A stretch of 64,000 nt of DNA from an uncultured delta proteobacterium (GCA_963769935.1 CAVYNY010000021.1:64001-128000); one strand, 5' to 3'; positions 16,627 to 27,892 are shown, counted from the stretch's first letter. Numbers and translations are program-made. Notes: generated by a model not told the origin, from the letters alone.

Positions 16627-17538
16627 TTATTTCAAAAAATCCATCAGATTCGGCTGAACGATCTTGGCCGCCGCCGCCAGGGTGGTTTCGTAGGCAAGTC
16701 CAAGGTTTGTTAATTCCAAAGCCGTTTGCGTAATGTCGGCCTGTTCGGTATCAGCCAGCGCGTCTTGCACCTTGGGCTTTAAATTGTCCCAGTATTCACC
16801 GGTATACTGCAGACGGTACAAGGCCGGAGCATATTCGGCGCGCCGGTCATTTATTTGCTGCCGGGCGTCGTAAAGGGGGCTGACTGTAGCCTGGATTTGA
16901 GCGCTGCCGGCCACTGGATCGGCGTTTTCCAAGCCATCGATCAAATTTTTCAACTCGTCGAATAAATTAACCCCACCATTGGCCGCATTTTGAAATATGT
17001 TGCGGCCGTCGGCATCGATGCCAATTTCTACGTTTTCACCGACCATAAGCCGCATCTGACCGTCATCACCATGATAGGTGGCATTATAATCGGCATCGTG
17101 GGAAAAAGGTGCCGTATCAGTGGCGTGGCCGGCAAAAATATAATTATTATTAAACTTTGAGTTGGCCAGAGATTCGAGCTGATCGTAGAGGTCTTTTATC
17201 TGCTGGGCAATGAGTTTTTTTTCCTCCGGGGTGACCCCCACACCGGAGTAATTTTCAGCCATTTTCTGGGCGGTGAGGACCAGGTCGGAAGCAAAGTCCA
17301 GGGTCTGCTCGTTGGATTCAAGCAGGCTGACTCCCTGATCAATATTATCTTTATACTGGTCGATGGTCGCAATTTTAGCTCGATAACCGAGCACCTGCCC
17401 CATCCCGATGGGATCATCGGAAATTTTATTGATGCGCTTTTGCGATGCAATCTGCTGCTGGGCCTTGAGAATATCGCCGGCTTGTTGATGAATGTTGCGG
17501 ATAAAAGTGTTAATCGTAATTTTTGGGGTTACCCTCAT
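16627..17538 (-). CDS. flgL: Flagellar hook-associated protein 3
   Basis: MRVT, ASQKRINKISDDP, YIFAGH, C-terminal NLMDFLK; follows flgK. Confidence 0.93.
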   Translation of the reverse strand: MRVTPKITINTFIRNIHQQAGDILKAQQQIASQKRINKISDDPIGMGQVLGYRAKIATIDQYKDNIDQGVSLLESNEQTLDFASDLVLTAQKMAENYSGVGVTPEEKKLIAQQIKDLYDQLESLANSKFNNNYIFAGHATDTAPFSHDADYNATYHGDDGQMRLMVGENVEIGIDADGRNIFQNAANGGVNLFDELKNLIDGLENADPVAGSAQIQATVSPLYDARQQINDRRAEYAPALYRLQYTGEYWDNLKPKVQDALADTEQADITQTALELTNLGLAYETTLAAAAKIVQPNLMDFLK

Positions 17539-17555
17539 GGGATCTCCTTCCGAAC

Positions 17556-17703
17556 CCGGCCAAGCCGGAATTGACTATTGAATATTGAAAATTGAATAAT
17601 TTTTGCAGTCGCTTCGCTCCGTCATTTCTTTGGAAAATTTTTTAAATCGATCCGCCACAGGCGAACCTCAAATATTCAATATTCAATTAAAAATCTTCAA
17701 TCT
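17556..17703. repeat. Inverted ATTGAAT/ATTCAAT heptamer-array element, copy 1
   Basis: Shares CCGGCCAxGCCGG start, GTCGCTxCGCTCCG and GATCCGCCxCAGGC cores with 24463-24646. Confidence 0.75.
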
Positions 17704-17705
17704 AT

Positions 17706-19400
17706 TTAAATCATATTCAATACCGTCTGCATCATTTCATCGGCGGTTGTAATCAATTTGGCGGCTGCCTGGTAGGCATTCTGGAATTTTACCAGATTGA
17801 TCATCTCTTCATCGATGGATACCCCGGAAATGGATTCCCGATAGTTTTCCAGTTGCCCCACCATCTGGTCCTGATGACTGTAATAGGAGTCGGCCTGCTG
17901 AACCGCGTTGCCGACATCCCCGATATAGGATTCATAGTAGGCGCCGAACGTGGCCGTATTGCCTTTCATGGTCATCGCGTTTTCTAAATTGGCAATGGCA
18001 ATGGCATTGCTGTTGTCCCCGGGTTTGTCGCCGGGTGTGGTATTGAAGCTCTGCGCCGCAGCAATCAGCTGATCATCCAGAACAATCGCCGGATTGACCA
18101 GCATCTCGGCTGCCGATGATCCGCCGGACAGCGTGACGGTGTCCGTGCCGGAACCCAGTGTCCAGGCTGCGGCCGGCGCGGCCGCCACCGCTGTAGCGAT
18201 GGTTGAATGGGCTTGCAGCGCCGCGGCGATTTGAGCCTGGGTCGAGACACCATCCTCAATGGCAATCCGAATGTCCCCGGTCACGGGGTCAGTCATCACG
18301 GTTTCGGATCCGGCGGTACCGCCGGCGACCAGCGTAATCGCGATATTACCTGCCCCGCCCTCTTCGGCGCTAACCGTCAGGGCAGAATCCAGCACACCCG
18401 AAGCGGTGGCGGCGCCGGTGAAAAAATCATTGCCGGTCGAACCATCGAGCCCGTAACCGCTCGCATGCAAGGTATTGACTGCTTCCATAAAACTTTGCGC
18501 CAGAGTGTCCAGCCGATTCAGATAGTTTCGAATGTCCAGATCTCTGGCATTCAGCCAACCCTTCATCTTGCCGCCGGAAATCGTGTCGGTAATGTCCACT
18601 GTGTTATCGGCCGCGTCCACCCAAACGACATTTTGATTGCCGGCAGAGTTTACCTGAGTTGAAAGTCGGTAGACATTGGTCCCTTCCACCAGCGGCTGTC
18701 CGCTGCCCACCGAGACCGTAACGCCGCCGTTGGCATTTTCAAAGCTGTCGATGTCGATCAGTTCGGAAAGGTCGTTCAATAACTGATCCCGCTGATCCCG
18801 GAAATCATTGGCCGTATCACCGCCGGCTTCCATTTGGACAATTTTTTGATTCAGACTGCCAATCTTCTCGGACAACAGATTGATTTCATCAACGTTGCCT
18901 TTGATCATGGTGTCAATGTCCGTTTGAACCGTTTGCAGATCCTGGTAGTTGTTGGAGAATGTCGTCGCCAGCGTTTCACTTTTGGCTACCAGCACGCTGC
19001 GTTCAACCGAACCGGAGGGGTTATTGGAAAGATCCTGCCAGGCATTCCAGAAATCGCTCATAACCTGACTCAATCCGTAGCCTCCGGATTCATCTGAAAT
19101 CATTTCCACCCTTTCGAGCATATCCTTGTTGGCTTCCCACTTACCCAGGCTCTGGGTTTCATTGTTGATCTGGACCCCCAGAAACCGTTGGTAGATCCTT
19201 TCGACTTCGATCGCATTCACACCGGTACCCACCGGTCCGATGCTGGAGTCGACGGGAAAATCGCTGGCCATATTCAACCGCTGCCGGCTGTAACCGGGGG
19301 TATTTATATTGGCAATATTGTTGCCGGTGACATAAATACCTTTCTGCTGGGCTGACAGCGCTTTGCTGCCGATACTGAGCACACCGAAGATATCCGTCAT
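17706..19400 (-). CDS. flgK: Flagellar hook-associated protein 1
   Basis: GNNIANINTPGYSRQR N-terminus; SGVSIDEEMINLVKFQNAYQAAAK C-terminus. Confidence 0.96.
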   Translation of the reverse strand: MTDIFGVLSIGSKALSAQQKGIYVTGNNIANINTPGYSRQRLNMASDFPVDSSIGPVGTGVNAIEVERIYQRFLGVQINNETQSLGKWEANKDMLERVEMISDESGGYGLSQVMSDFWNAWQDLSNNPSGSVERSVLVAKSETLATTFSNNYQDLQTVQTDIDTMIKGNVDEINLLSEKIGSLNQKIVQMEAGGDTANDFRDQRDQLLNDLSELIDIDSFENANGGVTVSVGSGQPLVEGTNVYRLSTQVNSAGNQNVVWVDAADNTVDITDTISGGKMKGWLNARDLDIRNYLNRLDTLAQSFMEAVNTLHASGYGLDGSTGNDFFTGAATASGVLDSALTVSAEEGGAGNIAITLVAGGTAGSETVMTDPVTGDIRIAIEDGVSTQAQIAAALQAHSTIATAVAAAPAAAWTLGSGTDTVTLSGGSSAAEMLVNPAIVLDDQLIAAAQSFNTTPGDKPGDNSNAIAIANLENAMTMKGNTATFGAYYESYIGDVGNAVQQADSYYSHQDQMVGQLENYRESISGVSIDEEMINLVKFQNAYQAAAKLITTADEMMQTVLNMI

Positions 19401-19402
19401 AG

Positions 19403-20488
<1,086 letters not shown>

Positions 20489-20509
20489 TTATCAATCCTG
20501 TCGGAATTC

Positions 20510-20995
20510 CTATTTAATTGCCGATTCCGGAAGTTCTCCCTCGGTGAAAAGATACACATCACAATACCCGTCCTCCAGCATCAGCCGCACCACACAAGCG
20601 GGGGCGTCCCGGCTGATCAGTTCGCGCGCATCGAAGGCGGAAAGAGTTTCCGGAGTCCCGATGTTAAACTCCACCTGATCACCGGCGATTGCCGGCAGTA
20701 CATTGCCGCAGATGACATTGGTTAATTCTTTAAACGCATCCCGTTGCGCTTCACTGGAAATCTCCACATCATCTTCCAATCCCAGCATATTGGCAGCCAG
20801 TTCGGGAATGACGGATGTCGAGACGCGCACGATCAGAGAACCGCAGAATAATCCGCTGAATGCTACTCGTCCCGTCACGGCGGGTTCCGGGCCGTCCTGG
20901 CCGCGATCGTCGTCTGGAAAGGCAAACAAAAATGCCAGTCTCTCCAGAGTGTCATTGGTGACACCGGTTAAAATGTTTTTAAGCTGCTGCGTCAT
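20510..20995 (-). CDS. cheX: CheX-family phosphatase
   Basis: ELAANMLG...DAFKELTNVICGN (ExxN) inside the che operon. Confidence 0.8.
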   Translation of the reverse strand: MTQQLKNILTGVTNDTLERLAFLFAFPDDDRGQDGPEPAVTGRVAFSGLFCGSLIVRVSTSVIPELAANMLGLEDDVEISSEAQRDAFKELTNVICGNVLPAIAGDQVEFNIGTPETLSAFDARELISRDAPACVVRLMLEDGYCDVYLFTEGELPESAIK

Positions 20996-21377
20996 CGAAA
21001 ACTCCGTCTCCTAAAAAGTCTTTTACGGTATCGCGGATTACTTCCGGAGTGAACGGCTTATGAATAAAGCGGACCCCTTTGTCCTGCAACCGCTCGACCC
21101 GGGTTTTGCTGCCTTCGGTTGATACGACCACGATGGGAATATCTTTGAACTCGGGGTGTTCCAGCATGCGATTGATCATATCCTCGCCGTTCATCACCGG
21201 CATGTTGATGTCGGCGATGACTAGATCAATCCAGCTATGCTGGAGTGCATCGAGCCCTTCCCGGCCATTGGCGGCCTGGTGGATCTCACCCAGCTGAAGA
21301 CCGCTCAACCGAATGGTCTTTATGATCATCGACCGCATAACTCCACTGTCATCCACAACAAGGACATTCACTGCCAT
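20979..21377 (-). CDS. cheY: CheY-like response regulator
   Basis: VVDDS, ADINMP.MNG, VSTEG, HKPF; single domain inside the che operon. Confidence 0.8.
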   Translation of the reverse strand: MAVNVLVVDDSGVMRSMIIKTIRLSGLQLGEIHQAANGREGLDALQHSWIDLVIADINMPVMNGEDMINRMLEHPEFKDIPIVVVSTEGSKTRVERLQDKGVRFIHKPFTPEVIRDTVKDFLGDGVFDDAAA

Positions 21378-21399
21378 GGTTAATCCTCAAAATTGAAAA

Positions 21400-22248
21400 T
21401 TATTTGGTAACCAAAACATCGGACAACTCTTCCACCCACTGCAGGGTCTGACTGGCCACCTTCTCCAGATGATGGGCCGTCAGCCCCAAACGTTTGACCG
21501 CTTCCCCTGAAGGTTTGTATTGCAGTCCGTCCCGGCCGACACCGACCCCGATCATCAGACACAACACATCGGCGATATGGACGATGTCCAGCATCGTATC
21601 TGCCTGAGCGGCGGATTCCGGATCATGGTGCCAGCGCACGGCGTTGACAAGCTCCGGCGGCAGTGACCACTTTCGGAGTATCTTGGCGCCGATATCGGCA
21701 TGATTGACTCCCAGGACCATATTTTCGGCCATTTCAAAAGAGACTTCCTGGGATAAGATATTTTCAATTTTCTTAAAATCATCCTGGACAAAATCACCCA
21801 GAACCAGTTTGCCGACATCGTGCAGCAGGGCCGCCGTAAATATCTCTTCGGCTGCTTCGATATTCAGTTCTTTTACCAGTCCTTCGGCCGCCACCGTTAC
21901 TGCAAGGGAGTGTCGCCACAGTTCCCCCGGGGACAAATCATAACCGGGCACCGGTCTATCCATCAGGGCACTGACACAGGAAGCAATCACCATTTGAATC
22001 AGACGCTTCAATCCCAATAGCAACACCGCCTGGCGCACCGAGCCGATCTTCGAGGGAATGCCGAAATAGGCCGAGTTGGCCAGCCGCAACAGGTTGGCTG
22101 TCAGGCCCGCATCCTGCCGCAAAATAAGCTCAATTTGAGTTACGTTAATATCCGAATCATTGATCAGGGCCAGCAGTTTCACCGCGGCTCCCGGCATGCC
22201 CGGAAATGAACTTAACTTGGATGCGATATTTTTGAGTTCTTGCGACAT
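21400..22248 (-). CDS. HDOD domain protein
   Basis: FPGMP, LLRLANSAYFG, LWRHS, AALLHDVGK, VRWHH. Confidence 0.92.
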   Translation of the reverse strand: MSQELKNIASKLSSFPGMPGAAVKLLALINDSDINVTQIELILRQDAGLTANLLRLANSAYFGIPSKIGSVRQAVLLLGLKRLIQMVIASCVSALMDRPVPGYDLSPGELWRHSLAVTVAAEGLVKELNIEAAEEIFTAALLHDVGKLVLGDFVQDDFKKIENILSQEVSFEMAENMVLGVNHADIGAKILRKWSLPPELVNAVRWHHDPESAAQADTMLDIVHIADVLCLMIGVGVGRDGLQYKPSGEAVKRLGLTAHHLEKVASQTLQWVEELSDVLVTK

Positions 22249-22282
22249 TCGATTCCCCTTCGCCTAATCCCTGGCCACCCTG

Positions 22283-23134
22283 CTAATTAAAGGTCAAAGC
22301 GCCTGATAATTCGTCTACCCATTGGGACACCCGCACTTTGATGTCTCCAAATTGAGCGATGTCCAGCCCCAGCCTCTCAATTACCGCCGGGGACAGATCG
22401 GCGGAAAAAGCTTCCGGCTCACTGTCGTTGCCGCCGGTCTGGCACAGCACATCGGCCAGATAAACAATATCGGTCGAGGGGCAGGACTTTTCAATAAAAT
22501 CAGGATCGTGATGCCAGCGTACGGCATCGATGACATCCCGCGGGAAAGACCATTGGGTTAAAATCTGGGCCCCGACTTCGGCATGGTCGGTGCCAAGCAC
22601 CATATTCTCGGCCACGACATACGGCACGCCGGAGTTGGCGATCTTTTCAATGGCCTCCTGTTCTTCTTTTACGAAATGGCCGAGGATCAGCTTGCCGATA
22701 TCATGCAGCAGCGCCGGGGTGAAAATATCTTCGGCCTCAATATTCTTCTTATCCTTGACCAACGCTTCCGAAGCAATCGACACGGCGATCGAATGCCGCC
22801 ACAGATCTCCCGGCGGCATATTATAGCCGGGAACCGGTTTGTCCATAACCGCATTGACACACGATGCAATGACCAGCTGGATCAATTTTTTCAGGCCGAG
22901 CAGCAGAACGGCTTGCCGGGTCGAGGCGACCTTGGAGGGAATTCCGAAATAGGCCGAATTGGCCAATCGCAGCACATTGCCCGTTAATCCCGGATCATGG
23001 CGCAGAACATCTTCAATTTCATCCACCGTGGTTTCCGGGTCTTCCAGCATCCTGAGCATCTTGGCGCCGGTGGCCGGCATGCTGGGAAACGATTTTATTC
23101 TGGATAGTATTTCATTCAAATTCGAATGGTTCAT
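22283..23134 (-). CDS. HDOD domain protein (tandem paralog)
   Basis: FPSMP, DPGLT..VLRLANSAYFG, LWRHS, ALLHDIGK, VRWHH. Confidence 0.92.
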   Translation of the reverse strand: MNHSNLNEILSRIKSFPSMPATGAKMLRMLEDPETTVDEIEDVLRHDPGLTGNVLRLANSAYFGIPSKVASTRQAVLLLGLKKLIQLVIASCVNAVMDKPVPGYNMPPGDLWRHSIAVSIASEALVKDKKNIEAEDIFTPALLHDIGKLILGHFVKEEQEAIEKIANSGVPYVVAENMVLGTDHAEVGAQILTQWSFPRDVIDAVRWHHDPDFIEKSCPSTDIVYLADVLCQTGGNDSEPEAFSADLSPAVIERLGLDIAQFGDIKVRVSQWVDELSGALTFN

Positions 23135-23604
23135 AAATTCCTCTTATTCCCGCTGCTGGCGACTACCGTTTGTCCGGTCTCAATATCAAAATGAATGGTA
23201 CGGCTGGCCGTTCCGCCGACATCTTCCGTTTTCAGCAATATGTTGTTTTTCCAAAGCAATTTCTTGAGGACCGTATAGTTGCGCTCACCGATTTTAAACA
23301 TTTCATTCTTTCCCAAAGGATTTCCGCAGCCGGCCGCCTTGATGATCATGCGGGATTTCTGCCCGCCGATTTCATACAGCGCCTTGAATAGCGCCGGCAC
23401 CCCCGTATCAACGAACATAAAGGGATTGGCCTGCGCCTTGGCCGGATTAATTTTCGACAGCGGCAACATGGCATGCAACAGTCCGCCAATTTTTTGAACC
23501 GGATCATAAACCATCAGCCCCAGGCAACTTCCCAGCGCATGCGTCACGATAGTGTCAGAATTGCGCCCGATTTTCATATCTCCCACTGCAACGATGTATC
23601 TCAT
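23131..23604 (-). CDS. cheD: Chemoreceptor glutamine deamidase CheD
   Basis: ALGSC, GLLHAMLP, IGERN, EDVGG. Confidence 0.93.
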   Translation of the reverse strand: MRYIVAVGDMKIGRNSDTIVTHALGSCLGLMVYDPVQKIGGLLHAMLPLSKINPAKAQANPFMFVDTGVPALFKALYEIGGQKSRMIIKAAGCGNPLGKNEMFKIGERNYTVLKKLLWKNNILLKTEDVGGTASRTIHFDIETGQTVVASSGNKRNL

Positions 23605-23632
23605 GTGCTTCTAATCAGACCTTTATAGATGG

Positions 23633-24448
23633 CTATTTCCGATAGGTGGCCGGTCGCATGTACCGGAATTCGTGGCTAATTGACGACAGGCCCTCCGAGT
23701 GGCCGACAAAGAGATAGCCACCTGGCTCCAGCAATTCATAGAAACGATGGATCAGCTGCTGCTGGGTCGGTCTGTCAAAATATATCATTACGTTGCGACA
23801 GAAGATCACATTAAACGGTCCCTTCATCGGCCATGGTTCCAAAAGATTCAACCATGCCAGCCGCACCATTTTCCGGATACACTCGGCAACGCGATAGCTG
23901 CCCCCCTGTTGAGCGGTCAGTCTGGTGAAATATTTTTTAAACTGCGGGGAAGGCAGACTTTGCACTGTTTCCGCCGGATAAACGGCCAGCCGTGCTTTCT
24001 CCAGCATTCGCCTGGATATATCCGATGCCAGGATCAGGGCGTCCCTGGTATCGATGTCCGACATATGTTCCCGCAGCCAGATGGCAAGAGTATACGGCTC
24101 CTCGCCGGATGAACAGGCGGCGCTCCAGAATCGCAGTCGACGGCTTTTGAGTTCGGGCAAAATTTGATCCCGCAGGTAATTAAAATGTTCGGCTTCTCTA
24201 AAAAAGCTGGTTTTGTTGGTCGTCATGACATCAATGAATAAAGCCTGTTCATGACTGCCCTCGACACTCTCGATGTAATCCAGATACTCCTGAACGTTAA
24301 AAATCCCCCGGGCCCGCAGCCGCTTTGCCAGACGCGCCCGGACTAGGGCTTCTTTGCCTTTTTTCAGATTGATGCCGCTGGATCGGTAGACAATCTCACT
24401 GATCTTTCTGAATTGTTCTTCCTTCAGCTGCACGGCCATCAAGTTCAT
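23633..24448 (-). CDS. cheR: Chemotaxis methyltransferase CheR
   Basis: TTNKTSFFRE, WSAACSSGEEPY, IFCRNVMIYF, GHSE. Confidence 0.97.
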   Translation of the reverse strand: MNLMAVQLKEEQFRKISEIVYRSSGINLKKGKEALVRARLAKRLRARGIFNVQEYLDYIESVEGSHEQALFIDVMTTNKTSFFREAEHFNYLRDQILPELKSRRLRFWSAACSSGEEPYTLAIWLREHMSDIDTRDALILASDISRRMLEKARLAVYPAETVQSLPSPQFKKYFTRLTAQQGGSYRVAECIRKMVRLAWLNLLEPWPMKGPFNVIFCRNVMIYFDRPTQQQLIHRFYELLEPGGYLFVGHSEGLSSISHEFRYMRPATYRK

Positions 24449-24462
24449 GTCTCTTACCTTTT

Positions 24463-24646
24463 CCGGCCAGGCCGGGATGGACTATTGAATATTGAAAATC
24501 GAATATTGAATATTTGTGGAAGTCGCTACGCTCCGGCATTTTTTATTTATACCCACATAGCGTTCTGTACCTGGATGGAAATTTTTAAAATTGATCCGCC
24601 GCAGGCAGACCTTAAATCTTCAATTTTCAATCTTCAATTTTCAATT
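24463..24646. repeat. Inverted heptamer-array element, copy 2
   Basis: ATTGAAT array ... TTCAAT array with cores homologous to 17556-17703. Confidence 0.75.
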
Positions 24647-24650
24647 GTTG

Positions 24651-27257
24651 TCACGCCGCCATCGACCGGTCGATGCCGGTCTCAGTTTCTTCCTGGAGTT
24701 CTCGGACACGGCCGGTATTGGCAAATTTTACCAGTCCGCCGACATCAATAATCAAGCCCACCCGCCCATCGGGCATGATGGCACTACCTGATATTCCGGG
24801 AATATCCTTCATGGTCTCTCCCAGTGACTTGATAACGACCTGCTGTCGACCGATCAGTTCGTCAACCAGCAGACCGGCCGGCCGGTCTTCGTCCTCCACG
24901 ATAACGACAACCGCGTCCTTGGCATCCTGCTTGGCATCGTCGATATGATACAGGCGCGCCACGCGAAATAGTGGAATCAAGCTGCCCTGCAGCGTGACAA
25001 TTTCCCCCTGATTGAGCACTGTCGCCAGGTCGCTTTTACCTGGTCTGATGGAACGAATAATCGAGACGGTCGGCAGGACATAAGTTTCGGACCCCACCCG
25101 GACGACCATTCCATCGATTATCGCCAGGGTCAGCGGCAGACTCATTTTAAATACGCTGCCGCTGCCGCATTCGGATTTGATCTCCACCTGGCCGCGCAGG
25201 GCCTCGATATTTTTTTTGACCACATCCATCCCAACCCCTCGTCCCGATACATCGGTTACGACCTGGGCGGTAGAAAAGCCGGGCTCAAAAATCATATTGA
25301 ACACCTCCCGATCACTCAGGGTACGATCGCTGGAATCGGAAGGCTCACCAATCAACCCCTTCTCCCGCGCCTTGGCCAAAATCACGGTGCGATCAAGTCC
25401 TTTTCCGTCATCTCTAACCTCAACCACCACACTGCCGGCGGAGTGATAGGCCATTAATCGGACCGTTCCGTACTCGGGCTTACCGTTCCGTTTGCGCTCA
25501 TCCGGCGGCTCAATGCCGTGATCGACGGCGTTGCGAACCATGTGAACCAGAGGATCGTTGATAATGTTGACCAGATTGCGATCAATTTCGGTGTCTTCAC
25601 CTTCGGTCGCGAAATTGACATTTTTACCCACTTTGCGCGCCACATCTCTTACCAGACGCGCCATTTTGCTAAAGGTCCCCTTGAGCGGCACCATACGCAT
25701 CGACATGCTGATATCCTGCAGCTCCCGCACTATTTTGCTGGTATGAGAAACCTTTTTGGCCAGTTCATGGTTGTCGCTGTTGGCCACCAGCTCATCCTGA
25801 GCAACCATGGAGTGGGCGATGACCAGCTCACCCACCATGTCAATTAAACGGTCCAGACGTTGGGTACCGACCCGCACCGAAGAATCCACCACCGGCTGAC
25901 TGCTGTTGATGCGTTTCTGGGCACGCAGCGCCTGCCCCACATCCTCGGCGGAGGCCGCCTTGGACTTGACCATGGCCGCACCCAGTTTTTGATCGGGATG
26001 AGCGGCAGCAACTTCTTCGACCTGCTCTCTTTCTATTTTGCCCTGCGCCACCAGCATGTCGCCGACGCGCGGGGCCGCGACGTCATCGGTTTCCTCTGAT
26101 ATACCGGCCGCCTCCGGGTCGGCTAAAACCCTGACCAATTCATCATAGCCTTCCGGTTTGAGCAGAGGCTCGCCGGACAGGGCCGCCTGCACACGACTCA
26201 TCAGTTCTTTGATCATGTCCAGGGCCCGCAGTGACAGATCCGCATACCCGCCGCTATAGCGAATTTCACCGTCGCGCACCCGGCTCAGCAGGGATTCGGC
26301 ATGATGACCGAATCCGGAGAGCACATTGAGCCCCAAAAAGGCAGAGGTCCCTTTAACCGTGTGGAACGCCCGGAAAACCTTACCGACAGATTCCATATCC
26401 TCAGGGTCGGTCTCCAGGGACAGCAGCGCTTCTTCGGCGCTGGAGATCAAATCACTGCCCTCCGCGATAAACTCGGCGATGAGCTCCGCATCCGCATCCC
26501 GGGGCATGTGATCGAAATTGGGATCATCTTCAGCAGGCTGGCCGAGCTTCGCTTCGGTGGACGGATCCGCGGGCTCACTGCCTGATTCAGCGGGGCCGCC
26601 GACGTCCTCCAGAGGATCCATGGCTTTTTCAAGCAGAGAGCCGGCCTCGCTGAAGGTTTGCTCCGGATCCGCAGTCCGGCCTTCTACAATTTCGTTGATT
26701 TTATCGACAGCCCTGGCAATCAAGCTGCCGGAATCCTCCCTGTCATTGCCGTCCGCGATCAGATTCAACAATGATGTGCGCAGATTTAATAATCCAGCAT
26801 GATTATCGGGTTCGAGTTGGATCAGCAAGGCAGCGGCATCATCCAGGGATTCAATCGATGGCTCGGCCGAATCGCCGGTTTCGGCCGATAATGCCTCCGC
26901 GTCTGAATCTTGCGGAGGATGGATAATTTTTTCCAGTTTCCGCCGGGTTTCAACGACCTGTTCCTCATCGACATTCCGGCCGGACAGACATTGTTCGGCG
27001 GAATTCAGCCCCTGCCAGACGGCGTCGACCAGTGATAGAGGGTCATTCACTGTTTGACCGCCCATCGCTTCGAGCCCCGCGTGGATCAGATCCAGCAGCG
27101 CTTTTATATCCTTGTTCTTCTTGGGGACTGCGGTCAGGATGCCTTCGAGTTCCCGGCCCAAATTATGCCAGGCGTCGCAGTCATTTATTCCGGCATTGTC
27201 AATCTCTTCTGCGATCTTCTTGAGGGTTTTGATAACTTTTTGATTTCTTTGGCCCAT
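24651..27257 (-). CDS. cheA: Chemotaxis histidine kinase CheA
   Basis: Hpt FRAFHTVKG, dimerisation LDRLIDMVGELVI, HATPase RNAVDHG and GRGVGMDVV, C-terminal CheW domain. Confidence 0.97.
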   Translation of the reverse strand: MGQRNQKVIKTLKKIAEEIDNAGINDCDAWHNLGRELEGILTAVPKKNKDIKALLDLIHAGLEAMGGQTVNDPLSLVDAVWQGLNSAEQCLSGRNVDEEQVVETRRKLEKIIHPPQDSDAEALSAETGDSAEPSIESLDDAAALLIQLEPDNHAGLLNLRTSLLNLIADGNDREDSGSLIARAVDKINEIVEGRTADPEQTFSEAGSLLEKAMDPLEDVGGPAESGSEPADPSTEAKLGQPAEDDPNFDHMPRDADAELIAEFIAEGSDLISSAEEALLSLETDPEDMESVGKVFRAFHTVKGTSAFLGLNVLSGFGHHAESLLSRVRDGEIRYSGGYADLSLRALDMIKELMSRVQAALSGEPLLKPEGYDELVRVLADPEAAGISEETDDVAAPRVGDMLVAQGKIEREQVEEVAAAHPDQKLGAAMVKSKAASAEDVGQALRAQKRINSSQPVVDSSVRVGTQRLDRLIDMVGELVIAHSMVAQDELVANSDNHELAKKVSHTSKIVRELQDISMSMRMVPLKGTFSKMARLVRDVARKVGKNVNFATEGEDTEIDRNLVNIINDPLVHMVRNAVDHGIEPPDERKRNGKPEYGTVRLMAYHSAGSVVVEVRDDGKGLDRTVILAKAREKGLIGEPSDSSDRTLSDREVFNMIFEPGFSTAQVVTDVSGRGVGMDVVKKNIEALRGQVEIKSECGSGSVFKMSLPLTLAIIDGMVVRVGSETYVLPTVSIIRSIRPGKSDLATVLNQGEIVTLQGSLIPLFRVARLYHIDDAKQDAKDAVVVIVEDEDRPAGLLVDELIGRQQVVIKSLGETMKDIPGISGSAIMPDGRVGLIIDVGGLVKFANTGRVRELQEETETGIDRSMAA

Positions 27258-27318
27258 TTGGGATTTCCAGGCTCCTTTTCATGTCCGATAGCGCATCGAC
27301 ACTGCGCCAACGCATTCA

Positions 27319-27825
27319 TTAGATATCGCTGCACACGCATTTGCCGGTCGAATATGAGCTGTGAATACTTCCGGTGCTATAATAGACGGTGTTGCATGAA
27401 AGCAGTTCATTGAGCAAATTAAACGCCCCCCGCAAAAGCGTCTGCGAATGCTCAAAAAGTTGTTGGGCGAATTGATTGGCTTCCTGCACCCGAGCCACCA
27501 CGGATGATAAATCCGTGCTGGCCTGCCGCAACTGTCCGGCAAAGGGCTCAGCCACCAATTGTGAAAGTTTTTTCAGCGTAAGTTCCTGGAGCGGATATCC
27601 CAGGTCTTCAGCCAGACAGGCCACCACCCGGCGTCGTTTTTCATCGCTTTTTCGAAGTGCGGCCAAAAGATTTTCTTTTTCAACGGCGGCTTCATTCAAA
27701 GCGATTAATTCCGATTTAACCGCTGCCTCTTTCTCTTTGTCGATCACAGCCAGCACCGATTGATAAAGCTCTGTTTCGCGGCTGAGAAGGCCAAGCAATT
27801 GCTCCAGCATCAAATTCAATTTCAT
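27319..27825 (-). CDS. flgN: Flagellar export chaperone FlgN
   Basis: Helical coiled-coil protein with C-terminal Y..G motif, in the usual position after flgJ. Confidence 0.8.
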   Translation of the reverse strand: MKLNLMLEQLLGLLSRETELYQSVLAVIDKEKEAAVKSELIALNEAAVEKENLLAALRKSDEKRRRVVACLAEDLGYPLQELTLKKLSQLVAEPFAGQLRQASTDLSSVVARVQEANQFAQQLFEHSQTLLRGAFNLLNELLSCNTVYYSTGSIHSSYSTGKCVCSDI

Positions 27826-27864
27826 GGTTGAATTCTCCGATTTGATCGCTATTTCGCATGATTG

Positions 27865-27892
27865 TTATCGGTTGAAAAACGCAAAAGCTTTA
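27865..27892 (-). promoter_or_regulatory. sigma28 promoter upstream of flgN
   Basis: TAAA-N16-ACCGATAA. Confidence 0.65.
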
